Source of the DNA: Batkoa obscura
Taxonomy: Eukaryota
DNA: 64,000 nucleotides
Assembly: GCA_030770535.1 (NCBI GenBank)
Contig: JASVEC010000018.1
Coordinates: 372,001-436,000 of the forward strand
Direction: 5' to 3'
Part shown: in pieces, positions 26,675-40,788 of the stretch
How positions within the stretch are numbered: the stretch's first letter is position 1
Layout: each line of letters starts with the position of its first letter
Position numbers and translations under genes: made by a program
Notes under the pieces: generated by a model
Databases searched by the model: none
What the model saw: the letters and a program-made list of their open reading frames with translations, nothing else
Told to the model about the DNA's origin: nothing

Positions 26675-28199
26675 TTATTCGATTCCTAAAGTAGAATGAG
26701 ATTGATGCTCTGGACGATGAGTAGATTCATAATCCAAGTGTACAAAAGCCCTTTCAACTTCAGGAATAGTTTCAAGCTTTTCCTAGATATCAAATTTAGT
26801 CTTTAGAGCTATAGATATTACTATAAGCATACTTGCAAGGTCTCCCCAATATCATGACTTTCATGTAGTGGAGTTTGAGGATGTAAGACAATATCAACTT
26901 CAACAAATACATTGTTTCCTAAATGATAGGCACGACATGTATCAACTTGAACAATTCTTTCATCATGAGTAACAGCTAACTATTAATTTGTAATTATAGA
27001 AAATGATAAGATTTACCAAGATAAGTCAATCTTTGAAGGAAATTTGGATCAGCAGACTTTCCAACAATCAAATCAATTTGTTCTAGTAATTTGTTTTTTA
27101 GGATGGCTATTAGTTTATCAAAATATTAATACCTAAAGCAGTTGAAACCCAAGAGCGTAAAATAATAACAGCTACTAACAAACAACCTATTGGATCAATC
27201 CACCAAGCAAGTCGATGCCCTGTCACGTTGTTTAAATAATAGTTTATTGATTATAAAAAGATAATTACCCAAGATACTCATCGAGAGACCAAAAATATTT
27301 ACGATTATATCGTTACGATGATCGAGTGCTAAGATTTTGGCACTAGGATATTGTGAAATTGCAATACAATAAATATATAAAAACATCTTTGAAACTAATT
27401 ATTGTAAATTTTGCATTTTAAAAGTATGGATTTAAATACCTAATGCAAAAACAACACATAAAATACTAACCATATCAAGAGAAATAGCTGCCTCTTCAGA
27501 AGATAAAGCTTTTATGCCTTCAATCTTGGAATAAAAAAAATTAAAATATAAATTTTTTCACTTAATATAATACCATAAGTTGAATGGAAACAGTTGACAT
27601 TAACGATGAAAAAACAATGATACCAGCAGTTTCAAGTCTTGACTTTCCCTACAAATATTGTTCATACTCACATTACTTATTATTTGATTATTCTTACTGT
27701 CGGATATTTAAAGTGATTTTTTCTTTCTGCAGCTTTCCCAGCTAACAAAAGAATGACACTAGATAATAAATCCATAAATGCATCTGCCATTGTAGCAAAT
27801 AAACTTAAAGATCCGGTCCTTAAGGCTGCATATAATTGTAATAAAAACAAAAGGACATTAGCAGCTACTGAGCCATAAATTGCAATTTTGAGCTTTAAAA
27901 GAGTCAGTTTTAATGATAATATAAACAAAATTAAAAACCTTCAAAAGATTCTCACTATCATCTTCTGGGGGAACAATTGGAGCCAATAATTCATCAATCA
28001 AGTCGTTTTGTTTTAAATAAAATGAATGAGAGGTGTGTTTCCCATCACGTTTTAATTGTTCTAACTCTTGAATTGATTTTCTTTTAGTTAATAATTGTAA
28101 AGGATCATTGACTGCAGTTAAATTGCTATCGTAAGACTGTCTGTTACTTCCTTCTTCAAGTAATCGTTGATTTGCATTTAATCCACTATTAGATTCCAT
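26675..28199 (-). CDS. Cation diffusion facilitator (Mn-CDF/MTP-like metal transporter), multi-exon
   Basis: [87 protein letters not shown]; about 7 short introns. Confidence 0.9.
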
Positions 28200-29263
28200 T
28201 ATAAAGTAAAAAAGTGAATTACATTAATTTAAACTTTTTTATGCAAACACAAATTTTATTTATTGAAGGAATAATTCAAAATTAATCCTAATTTAGACAT
28301 TGACACAAAATGAAATAATTAGATTTAAAACAATTTGATATCACTTGTTGAGGTTTTAGTCTTTAATTTAAAAACGATTTGATATCATTTAGGCTGAAAA
28401 AAAACAAAAAAACAATAATTAAGGTCAATACAAAATTTTTATAATTGTATATTTGCAATTGAACATCTTGATATTCAACATAGAATGAACTATATTTATC
28501 AAAATTCTTTACTATGAAAGATAAGGTTGACTCTAAAATTGATATTTAAAATTATAAATTGTTAATTTCTTATCATAAAATAATAATTTATAATGTAATT
28601 TATTAACTAACATGCATTATCAGATTAAGTATTTAATTACTTTATCGGTTTATAAAAAACTATAAGCATAGATTTACACTGTTAAATAGTTTAATTCAAA
28701 ATTAAAACGTTATTCTCTTTTTTTCTTTTTTTAACAAGTTATTGATTTTTTTTTCAGTCTTATTTTGAACAAAATCTGCAAACTATGTGTAGGCTGCATC
28801 AAAATAGTCAGTTTTTATTTTGAATTTAATATACAATAATATATAAAACATGTTTTCACTTGTTACTATATAGAAATGTTGAAATTGGTTTCACTTTACT
28901 CAATTCTTAAATATCTTGTATTTTAAAAATCTTACTCCACATTTTATAAAATATTTTTTTAATTACAAAAGCACCTAACACAGTTTTAAAGTATTTTTAT
29001 GCAATATAAACGATATAATGATAATCTTTATTTATTATTATAACCACTTGCTTTTTAATTATTTATTAATTTAACTGTCAATGATTTGAATGATATTAAT
29101 ATTTAGTAATTTATTTTTGCCATTTAACAGAATGCTTACTTGCTTAGTAAATATTAGAGTTTTTAAATTTCTTGAATATTAAATAATAATGTAATTTATT
29201 AATTAAATTGTTAGTTTTATTATGTTTACAAACAAAAATCTCAAATTTTGAAATTAATCAATA

Positions 29264-29368
29264 TTTGGGGATGTATTTTTGTGTTTAAGAACTTTATTAA
29301 TAGCTTTTCCACTCAAATAGCGCTTAAAAAATGGAAAAAGTAATAAAGTCAAAAAAAACATCCCCATT
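29264..29368 (-). mobile_element. MITE copy
   Basis: TGGGGATGTATTTTTGTG...AAAAACATCCCCA. Confidence 0.88.
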
Positions 29369-29954
29369 TTTTATTTTATCTAGTGCTTTAAAAGCATTTT
29401 TGTTAAAATTTCTTTTAAAAAATGAATCAACTATATTTTTTTACAATGCTTAGTAAAAAAATTAAAGTCAATATTTAAGTTACTATTTGATCTATAAAAA
29501 TTTTAAATATATAATATAAAAGCTTTTAAAAGTTAAAATAATCTCCTATATCTGTCTATTTACTAATTTTTATACTTTTCAAATAAAAGCCTTTTAAATA
29601 TTAAATCAATTAAATAGTTTCTTGTATATATTGAGCTATGACTTAATATTTTGAATAGTTAATTAAAGTAGACTTTGCTTATTAGTTTATCATTTTTTAA
29701 ATATAAAGTACTAAACTTCAATACTGATATAGCTTGTTTATTACAATAATTCACATTTATCAGATTTGGTCTTGCTTTTGTTTTCATGCTTTAGAGTCTA
29801 CATAACTTTTTCTTTTTATTAAAAGATTTTTCTGTTTTTATTTTATTCTTTATTCCTGTATTTATTTATTTTTAAAAGAATTTTAAATTGCGTATTATGC
29901 ATACATATTATATAAATCTGTTTCTTTGGTTGCATTTCTAAAATTATTTGATAT

Positions 29955-30419
29955 TGTGAAATATCGCTCTGTCAGCTCCATGATTGATTATAGCATAATA
30001 ATCATTTAAGTTGTTATGTTCTCGAGTTCGGAGACAATCAACCCATGCTCTTATTTTGATTTCCTATGGGAATTTCTAACTTCATCTCAAAGAATATTAT
30101 CCTCTCCTTTTAATATCGATACTTCTCTGAGTATAAAAGAGATTTTAGAACGTAGCAACTCGAGGCTTTTTAATTAAATTATTCCTTGATATTGTATTGT
30201 ACCTTTAATAAAGCCATTAAATCTTTGTGATAATATTTTGCGTAGATTTTGCAGTAATACTGTCTATTCGATTTGTCTTACATAGTCCATAGCCTATTAC
30301 ATGCTATCCTTCCTAATTCAAGTCTATCTTAGTCACATAAACTAGAACCTTTCGACTTACAGCTAGTCAATAAAGCAAGAACTGCTTTTGATTCTAATCA
30401 TTGAGTACCAGATTTCGTA
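29955..30419 (+). mobile_element. Solo LTR (copy 2)
   Basis: TGTGAAATATCGC...CCAGATTTCGTA, colinear with 7579-8042; possible ATAT target duplication. Confidence 0.72.
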
Positions 30420-30510
30420 ATATATATTTAAAGAGTATTAACTTAGCTACTGCTTTATTTTTCAACTTATTGGAAATATTCATTACATACTATTTTTCTA
30501 CTTTTAGTTA

Positions 30511-30614
30511 TATGGGGATGTATTTTTGTGTTTAAGAATTTTGCTAACAAATTTTCCGCTTAAATAGTACTTAAAAGATGGAAAAATGATGAAGCCAAAA
30601 AAAAACATCTTTAT
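30511..30614 (-). mobile_element. MITE copy
   Basis: TATGGGGATGTATTTTTGTGTTTAAG...GAAGCCAAAA. Confidence 0.85.
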
Positions 30615-31217
30615 TTAATAAAAATGAACCTTTTAAATTTTTTCAAATTTAATCAGTTACATAAGGACTTACAAACTTACTAACTTAAAAATTAGATTAA
30701 TTTTTAAAATCTGAAATCAATTTAGACATCCCTATATAATAAGTCTCTTATATTTTTTCAACAGTATTTTTGTTGTAACTTATGGACTTTTTTATGTTTA
30801 TAAGTAGTTGTATTTTAATTGAACTATAGAGTAGGAACATCTTTTCGATTTATGTTTTGACCATCTTTTACTTCAACATAAGGATAGAAAATATTAGAAA
30901 GATGTCAAAACAAAAAATGTTTATACCTAAATTTATTCAAGTTATTGTTATAAGATATATCATATAAAAAATCAATAAATAGAATATAATTTTTTTAAAG
31001 TTTTTAATTTTGGTATTTTTATTTAAATTTATGTCACACTTTCTATTTAATAATCTTATTAAAAAACAGTTTTTTAGCATTTTGTAGCAAGGGTAAAGTG
31101 ATGCATTTACCTAACTAAAAGGAATAAAAAGCTTACTCTCAATCATTTTCATTATGCAACAAACACCTTAAATTGATTATATAATATCGTTGTTTATCAT
31201 AGTTCAATTAAACCTTT

Positions 31218-32889
31218 TTTAAAATCGGAATTCAACCTTCTATCTTATATCATGTTATAACTAAATCCAATTTCATATAACAAACAACCAGCTTTTGATT
31301 TACCTACTTCCGGTAATTTAAAAATAGCTTTGCACTCAGGCTTTGGTGGTCGTTCTCACATAAAACCAATATTAGAAATTGGTCAAGTTTTGCATAAAAG
31401 AGGACATGGGGTGACTTATATAGCTTTAGAGGACAACATGCCCTTTATGAGTGGGTATACTTTTAACAATTATACACTTAGCCCAGCTATGATGACTTCA
31501 GAAGAGATACGAGATATCATGAGCTTAAATTTATCAAATAAGAAAAGAGAGTTTGACCCAATGCGAAGGATCAGTACTTCATTGATACCTGTGGTGGAAA
31601 GATCTTATTCAACATTGTACCAACCATTGATCAAGTATTTAAAAGAACATAAGCCGGATATGATAGTATGTGATTTTGCATCTCACCCTTGTTTAGATGC
31701 TTCAAGGAGCTTAGGTATTCCATTGATCATTGGGCTTCAAACTACTGATATTATGGGGTTTGTAACAGCACCTTATATTACAAAGAGTATGGGCTATGGA
31801 CCAATTTATACAGATAAAATGTCATTTTTTGAAAGATTTTATAATTTAATCATTGAGCAGGTTTTAGAGATGAGATATTTACTACCATTCAATAGAAAGA
31901 TCAATAAAATCAAACAGAAATATAATTTACCCAAAGGTAAAGATGTATTTGGTAACCTGAATTATGGTTTAATAGTTGCTAATACATTTGTTGGATTTGA
32001 GCCAGCTGTACCTACTACTCCTAATATTTATCAGTTAGGACCTATTATCTCTGAAAATAAACAAATACTATCAAAAGACTTTGAAGATTTCTTAAATTCT
32101 CATCAGAAGGTACTGTTTATAGCTTTTGGATCAAATTCTGTACTAGATGCTATATTGGCAAAAAAGCTATTAGAAGCTTCAATCCAAGCTATTGATCATG
32201 GATTTATAGATGGTATCATTTGGGGTTTAGGAAGAACAAAACAAGAAGATTTCCCAACACACATAACAATTAATTCCAAACAAATTGAAACAAAATCTAT
32301 ATTTAATAACGAATATTCAAATATTAAATTGATGCCTTGGACACCACAAGTGCCAATTTTAGAGCACAAAAATACCAAGCTATTTATATCTCACGGAGGC
32401 TCTGAGTCTACTTTTGAATCATTACTTGCAGGTACTCCGATCCTATGCCTAGCTCTATTTGGAGATCAGTTTCGAAATGGACGTAAGATAGAAGAGATGG
32501 GGGTTGGACAGTTTGTCGATTTGGATACTTTTACGCCCCAAAGCTTATTAGATCAGATAGAAGTTGTGATCGAAGATAAAGATAATCAGATTCAAAGTAA
32601 TATAATTAGGATGAAAACAATTGTCCATCATAATAGTAAGAAAAAAAATTCAGCTGCGGATCTGTTTGAACAACATGCATATACAGCAAAAGCTTGTAGA
32701 TTATTTGAGCCGTATGTTTCCAGTGATGGAAAGCTACCGTGTGAAATTAGACATCTGATACCAATTAGTGAAGAAATGGGGGTCATAAAAGCTAATAGGT
32801 TCAATATTCATTCTTTTGCTATTTTAGTAGCTACAATTGGCCTATATTTTTTTACTTATTTTCTGTTGTATTATTCTCTTTTATCATGA
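31218..32889 (+). pseudogene. UDP-glycosyltransferase (GT1) copy 1 with broken signal peptide; probable pseudogene or N-truncated form
   Basis: Core 31279-32792 is almost identical to copy 2. In-frame TAA at 31258-31260; the leader region is frameshifted and lacks an ATG; first in-frame ATG after the stop is at 31438, downstream of the SHIK His. Confidence 0.7.
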
Positions 32890-34056
32890 TAAATTATATT
32901 GAGAATATTAAACCAAAATGAGATTAAACTACTTTTTGAAGTAAAAGATTCAACAACTAAAATAATAATTAAACAAAATACTATATTTTGTTAGTTATTT
33001 CATATAGAATTTTAAGGTGTTGGCGGTTAATTGGTTTTAAACAAGGAAAGTATTATTAAGATATTGACGATAAGGCATTATAATATTACTTCAAAATAGA
33101 ATCAAAACATTCAAAGTTTACTATTTCAAATTATATACGAAAACAAGCCCAAGAAGTCAATATCAAATAAATAGAAGATTATTTTTTTTAGTTTATTAAA
33201 ACTAAAATTTAATTAAAAAAGTTCGTTGTTCCATATGCTTTCACTTCCAAAGCTGATTGGAGATAAAATCAACTATGACCTAAGCAATTAAATAGGCTTA
33301 ATTTTTAAGAGTGTATAGACTATTACTCATTAAATGATGAAAGATTTTGTTAAAAAAATACATTAACTTACTATTGGCAATAACACAATAATTTCATAGT
33401 AAGTTAGCAAATAATTGTTATAATACAAACTAAAATAAATAATTTTAATTGCAAAGTAACTGTGCCTAGATGAAACAAATAATCACCTTAAACTGCTGTG
33501 CTTAAATTTACAGCTAATTTCGTAACCATCGGTTTTCTTAAAGCACGTGATAAACTTATCTTAATAAAGCAAATTCACACAGATTGTTTTCAGTTGTGAA
33601 TTAAATTTACATTCAGATAAAAAACTATAAAAGTCTATAGTGACAGTTTAAGCTTATGACTAGTCATGACTAAGAGATTTGTTAGATTGACTCGAAGCTT
33701 GATTGATTTGTTACACATTTTTAAAAAAGCGTTGTTTTGAAATAGTAATCAACAAGTTTTATTGATAGTGCTTAAATTGAAGGAGATTTGGTAGTAGGCT
33801 AATTGGATTAAAAAATTAACCAATTAATAAATAAATAAATTTTAAATTAAACCATGATTGACTTAATTCTAATAAAAAAGTAGTCACTATTTTCTCAAAG
33901 CTCATTTTGACAAAAAGTAATGAGCAAAAGACAATAAAATAATCCGCTTTATAATTTAATAACTTAATTTTTTAATTTCAATTTCTTATTGTGTATTTGT
34001 AATTTTCTATTTATTCTCTGTTTTAGATTCAATTTCAATTTCTACTTTTAATCATT

Positions 34057-37000
34057 ATGTCTTTCAATTTTTCGGATAAATTATCAACCTCCTCAAGCCC
34101 AAGCTCAGCTTCATCTTTAACCCAAAGTTCTATGACTAATAGGGTTAACCCTCAACCTAAATACTTAAGGTACAAATAATATTTAAAGGTAATTTGAAAA
34201 GCTAAAACTTAATATTAGAGACCCTACAACGATGGAAACAATTTCTTCAACGTTTAATGGGATATCTTCATTTATGATGAAGAATACTCTGTTGGGTAAA
34301 GCGTTTCAGAAAAACAACAACTCATCTTCAAATACTCCCAATTCATCTTCATTATCAACATCACCTATGCAAAAAAATGAAAAAACAATATTATCTAAAG
34401 TTAAGCCGAAGGCAGCAGTGACTTGTACTGAGTTTGATACTATCTATTTAAATAGAGAAGAGCGGAGGTAATAAATGTATTTTTGAGCTTTATTAAATTG
34501 TTAAATCATTTTTTAGGTCATGTTTATTGATAGGCTATTCTGATGGTTTTCATGTATGGGATATTGAAGATGTTGGAAAAATCAATGAGATTGCTTTAAT
34601 TAAATTGGATATTGGAGAGATTAAATGTTTGAAGGTTTGTGATTTTATTATAATTCTGAACAACTTATTCAAATGTTTTAGCTTATAAACTCAGAAGATT
34701 ATGATCCTCAAAAAACAAACCTATTAATAGGGTATAATAAACTTAGTAAAAAAATACATTATTAAACAGTTTATTTAGTGCGGTTAGAACGCTTCCAGCT
34801 TCACCAGATGATGATGATGATATGAACTTTGTACCTAAAGAAATATCAATTTTATGTTTATATTCTTTATATGAAAATAGGATAATACATAAAAATGTCT
34901 ATGAAAATGAAAAGATAACTTCATTTAAAACCAATGAACATTGTATTGCATTAGTAAGCTACCTATACTTATTTATGCGTTATTTAATTTCAAATTAAGG
35001 GCACTTCACTTCCAAGCATTAGATTACTTTCTAGAAAAGATCTATTGGAATATTATTGCTTTACGGATATTTTGACAACACCCAGCTCTAGAATGCCTGT
35101 ATTTACACTAGGAGCTCGTTGGATCGCTTATTCAACTACTTTAGAAACCCCTTGGAAGCCAGATTTTAAAGAAGTATCTTCTATTCCGGGGAAGAATAGT
35201 AAGGTTGATAGAGTTGCTAAAGATGTAGTTAATGGACTTAAATATATAGGTAATAGAATAGATAAAATAAATAGCTATAGCTAATACTAAAATATGATAT
35301 TAGGAGATTATGGATATCAACGCTTAAATAATTATCTAAAACAAAGTCCAGAACAGCTAAATGAACCAAGTTCAAATTCTAGAAGATTATCTATAGGAAC
35401 TGGTATTCGTTTACAGTTTGAATATACAAATAATATGTCAATATCCCCTGAAGAAAAAGGATTTTTAAAAGATTCTGGAAGGGTAAATAATATAATATAA
35501 AATATATTCATAATTTATAATTAACATGTTATTACTATTACTAGGTAGTTATAAGGGATGTTTTAGATTTTATTGATGAAAGTGTTGATCATCCTTTGTC
35601 ACCCAAAATGGAACCAATAATTGGTTCATATTTACCATCTGTTGCTCATTTCCATTGTCATTATTACCCAGTAGCTTGTTTAGCATTCAATGGTACTGGA
35701 AATTTATTAGCAACTGCCTCGGTTGAAGGGCATACATTTTATATTTATGAAATTATTGGAGCAAATAGTCAGCAGCCACCCTTTAAATTATTGTATAAAC
35801 TATCAAGAGGATTAACAGATGCTAAAGTCATTGATATGGTATTCAATATTGATTCAAGGTGGTTAGCAACAACAACTCAACATGGAACAACGCGTAACTT
35901 TTTATTATTTAATAATAATACACTTAACTTACACCTTTTAGATTTATTTCAAATTAATCCATATGGCGGGCCACCTCATCATGAATCTCATACCTCTGGT
36001 AGGGTGATGAATCCTATAAATTCAAGTACATCAAATAAAGGATATACTGATTATTCTAAAGTAAGTTAATAAATAACAAATAATATATAAGCTGATAGAC
36101 TAACAATAATATAAGCCATATACATTGAACCCAGCAGCAAGATTCAAAAGAACAAAAGACCATGATTCAATGGATAATATTGATGAATCAAGTAAAGAAG
36201 TATCGCATTCATCTATCATATCAAATGAAACACTTATTAATTCAACTAAATTTTTGATATTAACTTCATCTTTATGTAATTGGTTAAAAAAATTGCCATC
36301 AGCTTATGAAATATCGGATTCCTTTGAAAACTATCTAAAATCCAGTCAAATCATGTTGAATATTGATCATGAAGGTTCTTTAATGTTAGTACGTATTAAC
36401 GTTACTGCAAAGCCTATATTGGGGAGTTTACCTGGTAAAACAAATTCATAATTAATTTAATAAAATAAATATTAACTATTATTAGAAGATAAAGAAGAAG
36501 AACTTTCTATTAAAATAGAAAGGATAGCGGAATGGGGACTATCTAAGAATATTGGCGATAGTGAAAAATATTTTGAAATTATTACTAATGTAAGTCAATA
36601 TTAATATATTAATTATATTTATAATAATAATAATTTATAGGAAGTGAGAATTGATAGTGAAACTAATTATTTAAGTGAATTAGAATCAAGGTATATAAAT
36701 AATAATAATAATAGTAATAATAATAAATGAAACAGTAATATGTAAAGTAATAATATATGATAATAATAAATTAATAGATGGTTACCTTATCTTGAAACTA
36801 AAAATTACAATCCATATACGTCATTTAATAGACCTTTATGGTTATTAAATCAATTTGATTTTAAAACTTATAGTAATGAACCAGTTATGGATAATGACTC
36901 AGATGAACCTGGAATCATCATGTTTAATAAAGAAAAGAACGAGGATGAAATATTGCGCTTAACAAAACAAAAGATTTTGCGACCAAATTCAAAGTAAATT

Positions 37001-37682
37001 TAATTAGTTAATTATTTATAATATTTATTAAAATATTTATATTAGAGTAAAAGTAACTTATCAACCAAGTTCATCTAAAGATGAAATTAAAGGTAACATT
37101 TATTATTATCTATATACTTAATTATTAATATTTATTTAGATCATCTTGTATCTGCAATGCAAACAGACTTAGAAAAACCACCAATTACATCTTCACTACC
37201 TATACGTAGTGGTAAGAGTAATAAATAACACAATATTTTATAAATATTAATTCATCTTTTTAGATCCAATTTCATTTGAAGATGCCCTTGAAATACATAT
37301 GGTAGAAACCTTTGGAGGGAATAAAAAAGAAGTAAACCAAAATCGAATGAATGAAATAGCACCTAATTTTATTAATGAAATAATTCAAAATCAAAGTATG
37401 AATAATAGTTTTAATGAAAATCAACATAAAATTGAAGAAGAATTTGCTATATTTGAAATGGACAATGATGATTATTCAACTAATAATGAGTTAAATAATG
37501 ATATGGAAGCAGTACCTATCTCTAATTCAAATCTTGATAGTGATGAGTTTAATTTATCTAATTCTCCACCTTTACTTTCTGTAAGATCTCGTATGACAGA
37601 GTTAGATGATTGTGATGATGTTCAATATGAAGCTACTGATCCATCAACTTCATTTACATTAGATGAATTTTTAAATCTTTAA
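34057..37682 (+). CDS. BCAS3-like WD40/PROPPIN-related autophagy protein, multi-exon
   Basis: LLIGYSDGFHVWD, VFTLGARWIAYS, LAFNGTGNLLATASVEGHTF, LYKLSRGLT.AKV, GTT/HLFQINPYGG; about 15 short GT-AG introns. Confidence 0.82.
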
Positions 37683-38116
37683 TAGTTTTTATTATAATAT
37701 TAAGAATAAGTAGGATTATTTTAAAGTAACAGGTATAAATTAATAGAATAAGACATTTTTAATAATGTGATTATTTTTTTTTTAAAGTGTAGAAAGTAGT
37801 AATTTTTTAATTTTTTTTTATAACTAAAACCTAGGATTTTAGTTAGTTTATTTTTTTATTGATGGTTACTGGACTTCTCCACTCTATTCTCTCTCTTTTT
37901 AAATTTGTATTAATAAATGAAATATTAAAAATATTGTGATAATTTATTATTTTTAATTGTTATTTCATTTGTATTACTTATTATTTTAAATCCCATCAAA
38001 TTATTAATAATTCTGAACTTTTTGGATTGAACTTGATTTTTAAAAACTATTTTATACAATTATATTTTTAAATTTAAAATCGAAAGTTAATTTCTTTTAA
38101 CAAATTATTAAAAAAA

Positions 38117-38668
38117 ATGTTTCAATTAACCAGAAGTCTTAAAACTGTTGCCAAACTCTCCTTAAAAACTAAATTATATCAACCAACTAGTATTCTTGGT
38201 AAGTTTATTATTTATGTTTTATTTGAAAGTTTGATTTAAAAAATAAAGAAATTTTACAACAAATTATTAATTAATTAAAACGAAATTTAATATATAAATT
38301 TAAATTCACCAAAGGACTTAAAACTAATTTGATCATTTTTAGCTCGTCGTTCATACTCTGATCACTCTTTGACCTTTGATGAACACAGTGCCCAATACGT
38401 TAACTTTTTCAATGAAGTAGATGATGTTTATGAATTACAACGTGGACTTACCAATTGTTTTTCTTATGATTTAGTACCTTCCCCATCCGTTTTAGAAGCT
38501 GCTTTAAAAGCTAGTCGTCGTGTTAACTCTTATTCTACTGCTGTACGTATCTTTGAAGGTATTAAAGATAAAGTAGATAATGAAACTCAATATAATGAGT
38601 ATGTTAAGGAATTAGAACCCATTCGTAAACAATTAAGTATTTTAACTAAGGAAGAATTAGGGTTATAA
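38117..38668 (+). CDS. COX6: Cytochrome c oxidase subunit VI (COX5A/Va family)
   Basis: Mitochondrial presequence exon 38117-38198, intron 38199-38342, ELQRGLTNCFSYDLVPSP...ALKASRRVN...AVRIFEGIK. Confidence 0.95.
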
Positions 38669-39051
38669 ATGGACGAATAAAGAATTTAGTATAGGGTTTA
38701 GTCATTTTTAGAGTTAAAATTTTTAAATTTATTAAGGATTGAGGTTTTTTTATTTTTTTTAAATTAGATTCGAAAATAAATCCGATAATCAAATCAATAA
38801 TAGATTTTTAAATGAATTGAAAAATTTAAAATAAATGTGATTTCTAGAAAAATTTTAAAAATAATTTAGAATAAAAATTCATCAGATAAAAATGATAAAT
38901 TTTCAAACTTGTATAAAAGCCACGTCATGCTCTAATATGAATTCATTATCAAAAATCAAAAACTATATAAACTCTTATTTTATCATTATCTACATAAACA
39001 AAAATTTAATTTAATTTTTATTAAAAAAAAGACATCAACAAAATTAAATAA

Positions 39052-40264
39052 ATGCAACGTTCCACTTCATTATTGAAAAATCTACCATCATCTTTGTCTT
39101 TACCCCTTGGTTTTAAAGCTAGTGGTGTTCACTGTGGTATTAAAAAAGATATATCCAAACCAGATATAAGTTTAATAGTATCTTCATTACCATGTGTTGC
39201 CTCCGCTGTAGTCACTCAAAATCAATTCAGTGCCGCACCAGTAGTTGTAACCAAACAAGTGTTATCTAAAAATAATAATAATATTTATGGTTTAGTAGTG
39301 AATTCAGGTTGTGCTAATGCAGTGACTGGAGAGCAAGGATTAAAAGATAGTTGGGAAATGGTAGAATTGACTAATGAATTGATAGGAAAACAAAAAGATA
39401 GTGTATTGGTAATGTCAACAGGGGTAATAGGACATACATTACCTATGGATAAAGTAAAGAAAGGAATTAAAGAAGGAATTGAAAAATTAGGTGAGGATGA
39501 AGATAGTTATCACAACTGTTCCCAAGGATTTATGACTACAGATGCTTTCCCAAAGATTCAAAGTTATCAAAATAAAGTTAAAGAAAAGGGAATGGATTAT
39601 TCTATATTAGGCATTTGTAAAGGTGCAGGTATGATTCATCCAAATATGGCTACATTATTAACAGCTTTAATTACGGATGTTAATATTAGTGAAACTTGTT
39701 TAAAAGATGCATTAAAATATGCTACAGATAAAAGTTTTAATTCAATTTCAATTGATGGAGATACTTCCACTAATGATTGTTGTATTGTATTGGCTAATGG
39801 AGGGAAAAAGAATGAAATTATTAATAATTTAGAATCAGAAGAATACAAAAAATTTAAATTGAATTTGACTGAGATAATGATTCAATTAGCTAAATTAATT
39901 GTATTAGATGGGGAAGGTGCTACCAAATTTTTAAGTATTCATGTTAAAAATAGTCGAAATGAACTTGAAGCAAAACAAATTGCTAATTCAATAGCTACTT
40001 CAGCCTTAGTAAAAACAGCGTTTTATGGGGAGGATGCTAATTGGGGTCGAATTATTGCTGCTGTTGGATATTCAGGAGTTAAAATCAATACGGAAAAAAT
40101 TGATTTGAAAATTAATGTAGGACAAAAAGAAAGTGATGATAAAAATCAATGTATTTATTTATTAAAAAATGGGAAGCCAATTGTTATGGATGAAGTCAAG
40201 GCAAAAGAGATTATGAAAAATAAAGAATTATTTTTAAGCATTGATTTAAATTTAGGTAATTATT

Positions 40265-40295
<31 letters not shown>

Positions 40296-40409
40296 TACTA
40301 ATATTTATTTATTTTTATTTATATAATAATAGGGGATAAAGATGCCACTATATGGACTTGTGATTTTTCACATGAATATGTAACTATTAATGGCTCTTAT
40401 CGTACATAA
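39052..40409 (+). CDS. ARG7: Ornithine acetyltransferase (ArgJ family, mitochondrial)
   Basis: [57 protein letters not shown]; intron 40256-40332; last exon [18 protein letters not shown]. Confidence 0.95.
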
Positions 40410-40414
40410 AAAAT

Positions 40415-40753
40415 TTAAAATAAATGAAATTGTTTAATAGCTAATGGCTGACCACCTAAAATTCTTTTTAATTTTTGACCATAATTAGTTAAATAGTAAT
40501 AATCTATAATAAAAGTATTATTATTATTATTATTATTTAATGAAATATAATAAATAATTAAATTATTATGTATATTATTTGTAGTTAATAATATTGTAGT
40601 ATTATTATAATATGTTAATTGTTGATTAATTAATTTATTATTAAAATAAATTAAAGCTAAAATATTATTATTAATAGTCAATTCTATAGGTATTTGATAA
40701 AATTCATTAATTAATTCATTTGGTAAATCAAAATTAATAGTTGTTTTTAATAA

Positions 40754-40788
<35 letters not shown>

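Noticed and set aside
32196..32378. Identical 60-aa ORFs here and at 50321-50503
   Set aside because: Antisense shadows of the duplicated UGT core
38918..38930. CCACGTCAT (ATF/CRE-like) upstream of ARG7 and CACGTG at ~33544
   Set aside because: Single short motifs with no conservation data cannot be supported as regulatory sites
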